Numbered from the stretch's first letter, positions 38,181-51,482 are shown. The stretch: DNA of 64,000 nucleotides from Octopus sinensis (GCF_006345805.1 NC_043002.1:57412001-57476000); one strand, 5' to 3'. Translations and numbers: made by a program. Notes: a model not told the origin generated them from the letters alone.

Positions 38181-39469
38181 TGTGTGTGTGTGTGTGTGTC
38201 TGTTTACAGGGGGGTGTAAATGTAAATGTATATGAACGATGATGATTTCTCCTGCCCTTTTCAGACCATGAAGTAAAAAATCCTTCCCAATGTGTGCTAC
38301 TCAGAGTATGAAGAAAACTAAAAGCTAAATAAAACAGGGACCAAAACCTCAACACATGTTATGTATATGATGCATAAACGTACACCTATACACAAACGGG
38401 CAATCGAAAGCGTTTCTTTTGGTATTGCTCGACTTACTGTAAACAACAGTCAATTTTACTTTTCAAATTACACCATTCGTCTTAAATAAAGAAAGAATAA
38501 TTGGATAATGCAATTTAGTTGCAGTAAACCCAAAATTAGAATGCGATTTTCATGATTGGAAACTTTTTAGAATATAAATTTGCTCTGTGTGAGGGCTGGC
38601 GTTAGCAAGTCCCAACAGGTTGATAAGAATTAGTTTAAAATAACACATAATAGATATAGGAGTCGGCTAATTAACACGTGTAGATAGCGATTAGATTGAC
38701 ATCAAGAAATGGCGTCGTAGTGGTGATGGTGGTATTTGTGGTAGTGGTCGTCGTGGTGGTATTGGTGGTTGTGTTGTTATTTTTGGTGGTGGTGGTGGTT
38801 GCCGTCATCGTGGCGCTGTTGGTTGTGGTGTTGGTGATAGTGCTTGTATTGGGGGGTGCTGGTTTGAAGAACAGTAATGGTGTTGATTGTAGCTGCCTGT
38901 GTAATTTCAACTCTAATGGCTCCACACCTGGCATTGGGTTGGGCGGATAATAACTTAATCTTAATTGGTACTAATGATAAGCCGTATTATTCAGTAACTG
39001 ACACGACTCGTATGAGTATTATCTCTGAAAAATGTTGAAATGTTGGACAAGTTACATTTCCAATAATATTGCTTTGGATTCCAGTAAACAAAAGATATTC
39101 AAAAAAGTGAACACCAACAACAAGGGAATAAACTGAATGTGATTAATAGAACCACAGACGTTTATGTCAACAGTTCACTGCAAGTGTATATTCCATAGAG
39201 ACAGCGTGCCATCTCTGTAAATAGTCCTGACAATAAAATAGTAGCATCAAAGTTTAGAGACATGTTATGGCGAAGAGAAATTATTTAGGGTCTCGTTAAA
39301 AGTTGATGGAATCCTGTAGACAAAGAAATGAATTGATAACTAAGGGAAACATGTGACCTGTCTGACAAACCTATCCCGCCACCGATTATGTAGATACAAG
39401 TGTTTTCCTTGAGTATAAACAAAGAACAAAGAGAGAACACTATATAAGTAGCGTCAAAATATGTGTGCT

Positions 39470-39500
<31 letters not shown>

Positions 39501-39651
39501 CTTTGTTGTTACAACACGATTGCGTCCAATTTTAAGCTTTTTAAAGGTAATCTTTGTCATATTTTCGCACGTGTTCTTTGATCTTTATTTGGAGCAATAA
39601 AGTTCCTAAATCTATTGTCAATGTTTCTAAACTTCCCAGTTTCATCTTCAG

Positions 39652-39694
39652 GATGAAGTGACGTTGTCGTGTGTAGCTGTCACTTTTTTAGTTG
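39652..39694 (+). CDS. Candidate 43-nt exon (DEVTLSCVAVTFLV in phase 0), gene unknown
   Basis: TTCATCTTCAG acceptor, TTG|GTAAGG donor; only one frame open. Confidence 0.3.
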
Positions 39695-39880
39695 GTAAGG
39701 CCAATGTCAGCGGTGCAGACATTACTACCGGAATGATATCACGACCGTTAGATTCATAAATTAGTAGTATTCATGTAAATATCTTATTTGTGATTGGTTA
39801 TTGATTTCTCTGTGTTTATTCTTACTCTGTACTGTGCTGCAGGCATTGCTTCCGTTATCAAATCGTAACGAGTAAGGTGT

Positions 39881-40087
39881 AGAGCTGGCAGAATCATAAG
39901 CATGCTGGGCAAAATGCTGAACTGCACTTCATCTGTCTTTATGTTCTGAGTTCAAATTCCACCGCGGTCGACTTTGCTTTTCATCTTTTTAGAATCGATA
40001 AAATAAGTATCAGTTGAGCACAGGGATCGGTGTAATAGATTCACTCATTCCCCTGAAATTGCTGGCCTTGTGCCAAAATTTGAAAGT
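39881..40087 (+). mobile_element. SINE family A
   Basis: GAGCTGGCAGAATCATAAG...CTGAGTTCAAATTCC. Confidence 0.75.
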
Positions 40088-40105
40088 AATACGATTGTAA
40101 TAATA

Positions 40106-40472
40106 AACAAGAGCATTCAGAGAGCGCAAACCTCCGCCAAGGCAACACCAACATCCTCTCAACGATTAGCCAGAGATGATTTTTAGAATGAGAATATCTG
40201 AAATAAACTCAACTGCTCTCACAAATGGGAATACTAAAAATGAACCTGACCCCTCTCAAAAATTAATAAAAAAAAAAAACAAGAAAAATATCCAGAATCC
40301 TTTTCTTGTACCGGATCGATCCCAAAATCTAACCAGTTCGTAGCAGTCACGAGGCCAAACACTCCTGAAAGTTTCATCCAAATCCATCTAACAGTTCTTG
40401 AGACATCTTGTCCTCGGACAAACAAACACAACTGAAAACAATACCACCGTCTTTGCTAAGGCGGATGTAATA
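40106..40472 (+). mobile_element. Non-autonomous Helentron/DINE-1-like element
   Basis: AACAAGAGCATTCAGAGAGCGCAAACCTCCGCCAAGGC start; AAGTTTCATCCAAATCC body; 3' hairpin CCGTCTT-TGCT-AAGGCGG ending GTAATAA. Confidence 0.6.
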
Positions 40473-40519
40473 AAGAAATATTAATTTATTCAACTACAAA
40501 AAGTAAGTTATACAGATTA

Positions 40520-40975
40520 TTAAAAATCCTTTCTACTGGAGGCACAAGGACTTAAATTTGCAGGAAGGGGATTAGTCAATTACATTGACCCTAGTGTTTC
40601 ACTGGTACATAATTTATTGACCTTGAAAGGATGAAAGGCAAAGTCGATCTCGGTGGAATTTGAACTCAGAACGTAGCGATGGTCGAAATACCGCTAGACA
40701 TTTCGTCCAGCGCCCTAACGATTCCGCCAGCTCACCGCTCTACACGGATTATAAATAATTATTTCTACTCTAGGCACAAGGCCTTGAAAATTTGGAGGGA
40801 GGGGGTTTGTTGATTGTATCGATCCCTGTGCATAACTGGTACTTATGTCATCGACCCCGAAAGGATGAAAGGCAAAGTCAACTTCGGCCGAATTTGAACT
40901 CAGAACGTAGCGGAAGACGAAACAACGCTAAGCATTTCGCCTTGCGTGCTATCGATTCTGCCAGCTCGCCACCCT
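40520..40975 (-). mobile_element. Two adjacent SINE family A copies
   Basis: GATGAAAGGCAAAGTC...GAATTTGAACTCAGAACG...GATTCYGCCAGCTC occurs twice. Confidence 0.8.
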
Positions 40976-41029
40976 ACACGGACTATAAATAACGCCACTC
41001 AAAAGTTAAACTGAGTAAACTAATTATCG

Positions 41030-41418
41030 TCGTGCCGCTCCGTCAGTTACGACGACGAAAGTTCAAGTTGATCCAATCAACGGAACAGTCTGCTCGTGAA
41101 ATTAACGTGTAAGTGGCTGGGCATTCCACAGCAGACAGGTGTACCCTTAACGTAGTTAACGGGGAGATTCCGCGTTACACAGAGTGTGACAAGGCTGGCA
41201 CTTTGAAATACAGGTACAACAGAAACAGGAAAAAAAGAGTGAGAGAAAGTTGTGATGAAAGAGTACAGCAGGGTTCAGCACCACCTCCTGACGTAGCCTC
41301 GTGGAGTTTTGGGTGTTTTCGAACAATAAGCACTCACAACACCCGGTCTGAGAATCGAAATCGCGATCCTACGACCGCAAGTCCGCTGCCCTAACCACTG
41401 GGCCATTGCGCCTCCACA
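41030..41418 (-). mobile_element. SINE family C, full length
   Basis: Reverse complement of the 7437-7821 family. Confidence 0.85.
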
Positions 41419-41691
41419 AACTAATTATAGAGATAAACGTACAAGTAAGTGTTCGTTATTTCCGCTGCTTGAAACAAAATCCATTTTAGTACATACCTAC
41501 AAAACAGTAAAAACGCATAAAGCAAACGAACATGTACAACCGATGATATCACGAATAAATACATCAACGCACAAGATGGCTAAGAGTGTGATACAGTATC
41601 CGTTAATACTCACCAAAAACATACAGTGAAGGTCACCCGAAGAGTTCCTTCAGATTTTTAGGGGGAATCAGCAAAACAAATAAATAGTTCT

Positions 41692-42075
41692 TTTATCGTT
41701 TTACTTGTTTTAATCATTGGACGGCAGCTATGATGGGGCACAACCTTGAGGAGTTTTAGTCGAATGAATCGACTCCCGTACCCATGGTCTTATAAACCTG
41801 GTAAACAATCTATAGGTCACTTGTGCCGAACCACTAAGCTATGGGGATATAGACACACCAACACCATTTGTCAAGCGGTGGTAAAGGACAAACAGAAAGG
41901 TACACACACACACGATGGGTTTCTTTCAGTTTCCGCCTACTAAATCAACTGAGAAGGACTTTGTAGGCCCGATGCTACAGTAGAAAGCATCTGCCCAAAG
42001 TGCCATACAGTGAGACTGAACCCGGAACCATGTAGTTGGGAAGCAAGCTTCTTACTACACAGCCATTCCTGCTCC
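41692..42075 (-). mobile_element. SINE family B
   Basis: Head and tail similarity. Confidence 0.75.
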
Positions 42076-42231
42076 TTAAAAGCAAACTCTCCGCCTTAAA
42101 AGTTTTAGTGACAATAACAATACAAACCATAATATATAATACTTGACGCAATTGAACAACGTTAAATTAAAATACAATATCTTCATTGCTGGGTCGATGT
42201 TAGTCTTGCTACAATATATATCGCTTTTTAA

Positions 42232-42990
42232 AGGCGGCGAGCTGGCAGAATCGTTAGCACGCCGGGCGAAATGCTAAGCGGTTTTTCGTCTGCCATTACG
42301 TTCTGAGTTCAAATTCGGCCGAGGACGACTTTACCTTTCATCCTTTCGGGGTCGATAAATTAAGTACCAGTTACGGACTGGAGTCGATATAATCGACTTA
42401 ATCCGTTTGTCTGTCCTTGTTTGCCCTCTCTGTGTTTAGCCCCTTGTGGGTAGTAAAGAAATAGGTATTTCGTCTGCCGCTACGTTCTGAGTTCAAATTC
42501 CGCCGAGGTCGACTTTGCCTTTCATCCTTTCGGGGTCGATAAATTAAGTACCAGTTACGCACTGGAGTCGATATAATCGACTTAATCCGTTTGTCTGTCC
42601 TTGTTTGCCCTCTCTGTGTTTAGCCCCTTGTGGGTAGTAAAGAAATAGGTATTTCGTCTGCCGCTACGTTCTGAGTTCAAATTCCGCCGAGGTCGACTTT
42701 GCCTTTCATCCTTTCGGGGTCGATAAATTAAGTACCAGTTACGCACTGGGGTCGATATAATCGACTTAATCCGTTTGTCTGTCCTTGTTTGTCCCCTCTG
42801 TGTGTAGCCCCTTGTGGGCAGTAAAGAAATGGGTATTTCGTCTGTCTTTATGTTCTGAGTTCAAATTCCGACTTTGTTTTTCATCCTTTCGGGATCGATG
42901 AATTGAGTACCAGTTGCATACTGGGGTCGATGTAATCGTCTGTCCCCCTACCCAAAAATTTTGAGCCTTGTGCCTAGAGTAGAAAAGAAT
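42232..42990 (+). mobile_element. SINE family A: one head plus four tandem ~184-bp body units
   Basis: Unit starts GGT(A/T)TTTCGTCTG at 42280, 42464, 42648 and 42832. Confidence 0.9.
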
Positions 42991-43989
42991 ATATAACGCG
43001 TTTTTAATACATTTCTACGAAGCCACTTCTTCTCGGACAAAAACACCATGTTTGCCAAGGGTGTATATACGAGCAGTCTAATACATATTGCGTGCATCAC
43101 TAAGTGTATTATTCCCTGTTTCCTGTATATCGGAAGAGACAGATTTCATCTAGTCATGTGGTTAGCGAGTATACGTAATTGATAAAGCTGAAGGAAACTT
43201 GAATGCGTCTGACGTGAGTTGACTACTACCAACGATGTTCATTTCACTCAGTTATATGTAATGTGTTTGTAACACAGCATGCCTATGAGGACACAAAATA
43301 CACACCGTCCTGTCTTTCAATGGTGTATGTACATTGAGTATGGTACGTAGATGGTTATTCACTCGCAAAACCAGTTAACTTATTGCGGGCTAAATCAGTG
43401 TAAACTCTTTCAGAAGTCCTCTTTAGCTATCCTAAAGACAAATGACAAATTATAGAAACGATGGAGTAGCTGTGAATTGTTCATATATCTCTAGATTATT
43501 GCTAGTACTGCATTTAACAGAAATATTAACACCTTGTCTCCATACACATCTACGTGAAGAGAAGAGAAGGAAGATAATTCAGATTGTAATCCCGGATCAG
43601 AAACTCCTTTCCTACTTTAATTGTCTATGGAGATGCTGCAAACAAATATTTTCATATCAAGAGCTTAATTAAATCGAATTTGCATATCTAATGCATTCTT
43701 GGCAGCTAATTGCCTTTATGAATTTCAGGTGTGTGACTAGGAGTTTGATGCAATACACTGTTGAGTAAAATCTTTAGAAATATTCCGTGATGGAACATGT
43801 AATTGGAACAAAATATTTTAAAGATTTCAGTTACTATACCAACCTTTCTTATGCAAATCAGGCTTTCCGATTTATGAAAGATCTTAGATCTCTAAGCTAG
43901 AGAGGCTTCAGAAACAGTGGCTGTGTGGTTAGAGCTAATGATTCTGCCAGCTCGACGCCTTAATAATAAAAAAAAAAATTGGTGGCGAT

Positions 43990-44760
43990 GAAAATTTCGA
44001 GTGTCCCCCCTAATATTCTTTCCTCCACTTCCTCACCTTGCCCGTCTCAAATCACCCTCCCTGAAATGTTCCTCACCTTCCTCCCCTTCCCCCTCACAAA
44101 CCCCTCTCTCTGGAATGATGAAGATTTATCCCTCTCCTTCCTCCCATTCCCCCGCCCAAATACCCCTTGCCGGAATGTTGAAGATTTCTAACTCTCCTTC
44201 CTCACCTTCCTCACCAACCCCTCTCAAATCACTCCTTCTGGAATCTTGAATATTTGTACCTATCATTCCTCCCCTTCCCCCTCTCTGGAAAATTGATTTG
44301 AGAGGGAGAAGGGGAGGAAGGGAGGTAGAAATCTTCAAAATTCCAGTGAGGGGGATTAGAAGGGGTGGAAGGGGAGGAAGGGGAGGAAGAAGAGGGAGAA
44401 ATATTCAACATTCCAGAGAGGGGATTTGAGAGGGGGAAAGGGAGGAAGGGGAAGTAGAAATCTTCAATATTCCAGAGAGGGGATTTGAGAGGTAGAAGGT
44501 GAGGAAGGTGAGGAAGAGGAGGGAGAAATCCGCAACATTCCAGAGAGGGGAATTTGAGATTGGGAAGTGGAGGAAGCGGAGGTAGAAATCTTCAACATTC
44601 CAAAGAGGGGGATTTGAGAGGTAGAAGGGGAGGAAGGGGAGGAACCAGGGGGAGAAATCTTCAACATTCAGAGAGGGGGATTTGAGAGGGTGAAGGTCAG
44701 GAAGTGGAGGGAGAAATCTAGAACATTCAAAAGAGGGGGATTTGAGAGAGGAAAGGGGAG
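43990..44760. repeat. Purine/pyrimidine-skewed minisatellite (~60/69-bp alternating units) with a polarity flip at ~44290
   Basis: CAACATTCCAGAGAGGGGATTTGAGAGG anchors at 44406, 44465, 44533, 44593, 44662, 44721; reverse-complement units at 43990-44290. Confidence 0.9.
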
Positions 44761-44762
44761 GT

Positions 44763-46492
44763 ATGGCTAGTCTTTCACGGTTCAGGGGATTTTAGGACTG
44801 GTCTTAGAGGTCAGAATGGTGTGAGTGTGTGTGTGTCTGTGTGTGTGTATATATATACATGTGTTTGTGATTGTGTATGTGGGCTGTTTTTGATTGGTCT
44901 CAGGGTTTATTGTGGTGTATGTAAAATGTGTCTGTGTGTGTTTAATAATTGGTAGGATGGTGTGTGTGTATATGTGTGCGCGTTTGTCTGTGTGTGTATG
45001 TGGGTGATTAACATTTGTGAGGGTGTTGTGTGTGCGCAAGTGTGTGTATGTGTTTGTTCGTATGTGTGTGTGCGTCTGTGGGTGCGTGTGTATGCTTGTG
45101 TGTTTTTTGTGTCGGTGGGGATGTTATGTGTGTGCAACTGAGTGTGTACGTACATGAGTATGTGTATCTCTGTCGTAGTATGTGTGTGTTGTTATGATTG
45201 CAGGCGTGTGTATATATGTGTGTGATTGGTATTTGTCATGGTGTTGTGCGTGCGCATGTGTGTGTATATGTGTTTGTTCGCGTGTGCGTCTGTATGTGTG
45301 CACGTGTATGTTTGTGTGTTTTTTGTGTTGGTGGGGATGTTATGTGTGTGTATGTGAGTGTGTGTGTTGTGTCTGTCTGAGTATTTGTGTTTTAATTATG
45401 CTTGTGGTGCGTGTGTGTATGTGAGCAACCGTATGTGTGTGAGGGTGCATATATATGTGTGTGGGTATGTGTGTATGTGTGTGTAAGTGTGTGTAAGTGT
45501 GTTGTATTTATCAGGGGCTCTGTGTGTCCATGTGTGTAGGGTTTATCTGGGTGGTGTGTGTGCATATGCATTTTCTGTGTGTTGGTATTGAGTATGCGTT
45601 TGTGTGTGTGTGTGTTTGGTTTATGTAGTTTCCGTATGTGTGTGTGTGCTGTATTTGTGAGTGATTTGTTTTGTTTGTATTGTTAGTGCAGTATGTGTGT
45701 ATATACGTGTGGGTGTGTTTGTGTGAGTGTGTCTATCTGTCTTGTATTTGTCGGGGAGGTGTGTGTCATTGTGTGTGTATGCTTGTGTGTATGTATGTTT
45801 GTGAGTGTTTCTTGTGGTTGTTGGGATTTTATTGTGAGTGTATGTGTGTTTTTTCTTTTGAGTGTGTGTGTGTGATTTTATTACTGGGGTACGGGCGTAT
45901 TGTGTGTGTACAGGTGTGCATAAATGCGTGTGTGCTTGTGTGAGTTGTGTTGTAAATGCGTGTTTGTTTGTATATCTGTGTATGTGTGTGTGTGTTTGTG
46001 TGAATGTGATTTGTAATTTCGGGGTGGTGTGTGTAGCTGTGTGCAGGTTCGTGTTTACATATGTGTATATATGTGTGTGAGTGTTGGTTATAGTTGCTGG
46101 AATCATATTGCAAGTGTATATATGTATGTGTTTTTCCTTGGAATGTGTGTGGGTTTGTGCTCTAGTGTGAGGATATTGTGTTTGTGCATGTGTGTATTTG
46201 CGTCGGAGGCTGGCATTGTTTTTTTTGTGTGATTTTGCATATCTGTATGTGTTTCTGTGTGTGTTTGTTTTCGATGTGTACCTGGGAAGGTATGTTAGAG
46301 TATGTTGAGTTGTGGTCTGTATTTTTGAATAAGATTATTTTCCCTATTTATTCGTGTTTGGTCAGTGGTTTTGTCCGGGCATTGGTATAGTGGTAAAACT
46401 ATTGGTATAGTGGGAAACTATTGGCATAGTGGGAAAACTTCTGACCTCTAAAACCAGTCCCCAAAACCACTGAACAGTGAAAGACTAGCCAT
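44763..46492. mobile_element. TIR-bounded non-autonomous element filled with cryptic (GT)n sequence
   Basis: ~55-bp TIRs ATGGCTAGTCTTTCAC...AGAGGTCAGAA / TTCTGACCTCT...GTGAAAGACTAGCCAT; three ~19-bp subterminal repeats near 46380-46438. Confidence 0.8.
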
Positions 46493-46910
46493 GAAAGACC
46501 AACCACAAAAGAGAAACAACAAAAAATCCTTTCAATTCCACATTGCTCTCCCCCCCCCCACACACTATCCCTTAAAATAGTAATCAGCTTTTAGCATCAC
46601 ACAAAACGAAAAATGGTAAAACAGGTCAGTTCATCTCAAATTCTTTGTAAACTCCTAAATATATTTCTTTCTGTGTATATATATATACCACCAAAATATG
46701 ACCTTTTTGAACTTATAATTTTCTGTGTACATATAGAGATACTTCCAAACAAACATGATTTTTAATGAAATCCTAATATTTTTAATGAACTTTTTAATAT
46801 TTTCTCAAGATTTTTCCTTGTAAACTGTTTTAACATTTTCTTATTATTATCAAAGAATGTATTATAATATTTTATGACAACCAGTACTTAACGCTACAAA
46901 GCTTTTACAT

Positions 46911-46958
46911 TTTATTTTTGACAAGCTTTTTCTAAAAAAGTGAAACCGGTCAAGTGAA
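46911..46958 (+). ncRNA. Decayed minimal hammerhead ribozyme relic
   Basis: TTGACAA-GCTTTTT(CTA)AAAAAGT-GAAAC-CG-GTC with a 7-bp helix I (two G:T pairs); C3 and G8 mutated, so likely inactive. Confidence 0.4.
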
Positions 46959-46992
46959 TAAACATCTTTTAAAATTGCATTTTCAAACCTTC

Positions 46993-47039
<47 letters not shown>

Positions 47040-47260
47040 CTGCTCGCTTAGCCAGCGGGGTGGCTTCATTTAAGGCTAAAACAATGCGAAGCGCATTGTG
47101 ACCAGCGATGTGTAGCAACATCTGATAACCTGGTCGGTCACGGTGATCACGGTGATATATATGAGAATTTGGATTTGAAATTGCACCTTTCAAATTCAGG
47201 TGCATTTTCAAAAACAAATTCTCCTGTATTTTTTTCCTGCGTGGAATTACAGCCCTTCTT

Positions 47261-47401
<141 letters not shown>

Positions 47402-47454
47402 ATATATAACTTTGATAACTTTGATAGGTTCAGTCAGTATAGGCCCAGGCCATG

Positions 47455-48640
47455 TCTAACTTATAGTACCACTTTGTGAAGTCTTTTAGTCATATATGGG
47501 GCACCATGGTCCACTCTAGCAAAGAGTTATTATTGTGGGAGGCATATCCAGATATAGGAGGTTGCTCCGGGATTTTTTGTAGAAATTTGTCCAGTGAACT
47601 TTGGAATTTTAGGGGAATTGTTTTCGTTTTGACGTATTTTGGTATTAAAGAAAGCTGGTTTGGTTGAGGTAAAGTAGTTGTAACGTAATGTTGCTGTGTG
47701 TTCTGAGTTCGATTTTTGTCGTGGACGGATAGCACGGGGACCAAGTCTTAGATGGATTTAAAAATTGATGCGAACATCATTTGTGCAATATTGATGGAAC
47801 ATTTTACACTTCACACAAAAGATGTAGCGCTCCTGGCAGCATTGGAGAGAGTAGAGATTGAGTTTTTTTTAGTCGAGCCCAATAGTCAATGCCTCTCATG
47901 CCATCTATCTTTCTTGTTATTGACCTCTGGAGTGGCTTCCACTTTCATAATGAGTTGCTTCGTATGGGGAGACCACAGTGGGCAACAGTATTCAAGGTGG
48001 GGTTGGACAAAAGTAGAACAGAGAAGGATGATGGTGTGGGAATCACCAGACTGGAAAGTTCTCAGAATCCAGGAGCACATCTTGTGGGCCAAGTGAAATT
48101 TGCTGTTTACGTGGCAAGTCCAGCTTAGATTGTTATCGACAATTACTCCAAGCTCTCTGGTGTTGTTGGATGACACTAGGTAATCGCCTGAGAGAAGAGC
48201 ATATGGTAATTTCAGAGTATCCTCTTTTCCAAAATGGATCAAATCAAACTTATCTTCATTTAGAAGCATATTGTTTTTTTCCGCCCATTGGATAACAGCA
48301 AACAGATCCGACTGAAGGTATGTTCGGTCTCCCATACCGTTTATGGCTTTCTGAAGTTTCGAATCATCTGCAAAGATTTTCAATGTAGAATGTTTCATGA
48401 TCTAGATAATGAAGAGGAGTGGGCCCACACAGTACCTTATGGGACACCACAACTGACTTTGGCTGAGCTGAATCGTATTCCCTCGAACACAATACGTTGG
48501 GTTATGAACGTCAGAAAACACTTTATCCACTGCAGCAGCTTTCCACGGACCCCAATGTTGGACAGTTTCTTCAGCAGGTATATGTCAATGTATATGAAAT
48601 CAAGGAAATGACGGCAGGGTTGGAACCTTCTCCTAACGCT
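47455..48640 (-). mobile_element. CR1-clade LINE fragment (RT C-terminal half), decayed
   Basis: LKIFADDSKL, LQSDLFAVIQWAEKNNMLLNEDK, RELGVIVDNNLSW, STFVQPHLEYCCPLWSPH. Confidence 0.9.
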
Positions 48641-48666
48641 TTTAAGATGTTATTAAAATGTGTCCA

Positions 48667-48765
<99 letters not shown>

Positions 48766-49295
48766 ATTTACGTTACTTTCAGTCTCACCCACTGTGTGTT
48801 TGTGTGTGCATGTGTGTGTATGTATGTGTTTGTGTGTGCGTATGAGCGTGGCTGTGTATGTTTAGCAATACGGTCCGGCATCGAAAATCCTCTTCATTGA
48901 AAGCTATGTTATGGAAATTCCATTTCATAGAATATTTTGTTAAGGACATTATTTTATAAAATAATCAAAACTCTATATAATATTTTAAAGAATATCTGAT
49001 GCAGATCTCTGATATTTTTTATGAATATATCATACTGTAGAATGATTTTATCTACAAGATAATTTGAGATGTAAAATAATTACATTATAAAATAGGTGCT
49101 CTGATGGCAACGATTTTGAATGAAGAATGATTCTTAATATGGAATAGAAATAGAATTTACCTCCGAAAATTTAATTAAATAATGTTTAGGCAATTTCAAA
49201 TTTTCTAAGGGGCTATAAATAGGTCTTTATATATTGTACGTGTGTATGTGTGTGTATGTGTACGTGTGAGTGTGTTGTGTGTGTGTGAATGATAG

Positions 49296-49326
<31 letters not shown>

Positions 49327-49454
49327 TATATATATATATATTATATATATATAATATTAGCTATAGATGCACACACACACATATATGTATGAATACATAC
49401 ATGCACATATAATTCATATATACATATATAAATCTGATATCTTTGTACGAATAA

Positions 49455-49558
<104 letters not shown>

Positions 49559-49863
49559 ACACACACGCGCGTACACACACAGTTAGTACCACCCACATAC
49601 ATATGGTTGGTGATTTTTCTCCGTCTTCCTTTTCTCTTGGACTTTCCTCTGTCTCTTGTTTGATTAGACGAGTTTTGCTCGAAACGTAAAACACCCTTTC
49701 TTTCCTTCCCTGAGCGTCTTCTAATACTTTGCATGTAACACGTCCTCGAGTTGTGTTTTTCTTCGTCCTTTTGGATTATTTATATATATATAAATACATA
49801 CATACATACATACATACATACATACATACACGCACACACACACATACATACACACACACACAT

Positions 49864-49906
<43 letters not shown>

Positions 49907-49961
49907 CATACATACGTATATATATATATATATTATATATATATATATACATGTACATATA

Positions 49962-50320
49962 TATTCTTTTATTCTTTTACTTGCTTAAGTCATTTGACTG
50001 CAGCCATGCTGGAGCACCGCCTTTAGTCGAGCAAATCAACCCCAGGACTTATTCTTTGTAAGCCTAGTACTTATTCTATCGGTCTGTTTTGCCAAACCAG
50101 CATCTATTGTCAAGCAATTGTGGGCGACAAACACGGACAAACAAACACACATACATACACACACACAAATATATATATATTTATATATACGACGGGCTTC
50201 TTTCAGTTTCACAAGGCTTTGGTCGGCTCGAGGCTATAGTAGAAGAGATTTGCCCAAGGTGCCACGAGTGTAGAACTGAACTCGGAACCATGTGGTTGGT
50301 TAGCAAGCTACTTACCACAT
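49962..50320 (-). mobile_element. SINE family B
   Basis: Head and tail similarity. Confidence 0.8.
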
Positions 50321-50513
50321 ATAGTCAAGTCGAATAAATGAACATTAAATATAACAATAATAAACAAGAGGACGTGCACATGGAATTTATTGGCTTGACA
50401 CTCGGTAAGAAGTGAGAATTTTCGACGTTTCGGAATACATATTTGGTCCAAGTGGCATTGGTTTTGGCTGAAAAAACTAAAGTCGAATAATTTATGAACG
50501 TCGCTTGTGTGTT

Positions 50514-50544
<31 letters not shown>

Positions 50545-50962
50545 TTATATATATATATATAAGTATATATATGTATATGTATACACACACACACACATAT
50601 ATGGCTTGGGTCCTTGTATGTTAATGTAAATTAGCGCGAATTAAAAGAAGTTAAGCGTGTTTATACATACATATATACAAACAGACGCATCCAGTTACGC
50701 GCGCACATACTCACATACACACATGCAAGCATATATATTTCTGCTGAGTGTGTATACATGTGTGGTTAGAGTTAGGTGAAATGTGTGTACGAATACGAGT
50801 GCAGCTGTTTTTGTCATTAACTTTAAAAGTACTTCTAACTTTGCGTGCGCATCAATTTAGAAGGCGTATGAACATGTGTAGGAGAAGAGAGAAAGAGATA
50901 GCAAGGGAAATAAAGTGAGAGAGGGAGAGAGAGGGAAAGAGAGAGATATGAGAGAAAGAGAC

Positions 50963-51023
<61 letters not shown>

Positions 51024-51448
51024 CAGACTGAGTTGGAGACCAAGTATGATACAATTGTAGAAATAAAAATGGCGACCGTAAAATGTCGGTTAGCAATTTA
51101 AGTTTAATCCGACGGTAGATCAAAACAAGTTAATCTAGATATATATAGAATAATTCTATCTAAATTATATTTTGAACAGTTTTAAACACGAGATTCTTTT
51201 TAATGCAAAATAAAAATAGAATCTTCGTCCAAAAATTTGCACCTTGCTTACATTTAATTTTTTTTACGATTCTCTATAATGTGGGAAAAATAATGGTAGC
51301 AGGTTCTGAAACGCGTGGTGTTAATTTCCAAAGCTATAATATGTACGTGACGAATTGCGGTGCACACGTTTATGTATACATTTCCAAACTGTACAAGGCA
51401 TCAAGCAAATGTTTAGTGGTACAGACATGCATGACCAGACGCATGAAT

Positions 51449-51482
<34 letters not shown>

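Noticed and set aside
42232-44760. CRISPR-like arrays (184-bp units; 60/69-bp units)
   Set aside because: Eukaryotic context, whole units are repeated with no unique spacers, no cas genes; they are a SINE multimer and a minisatellite
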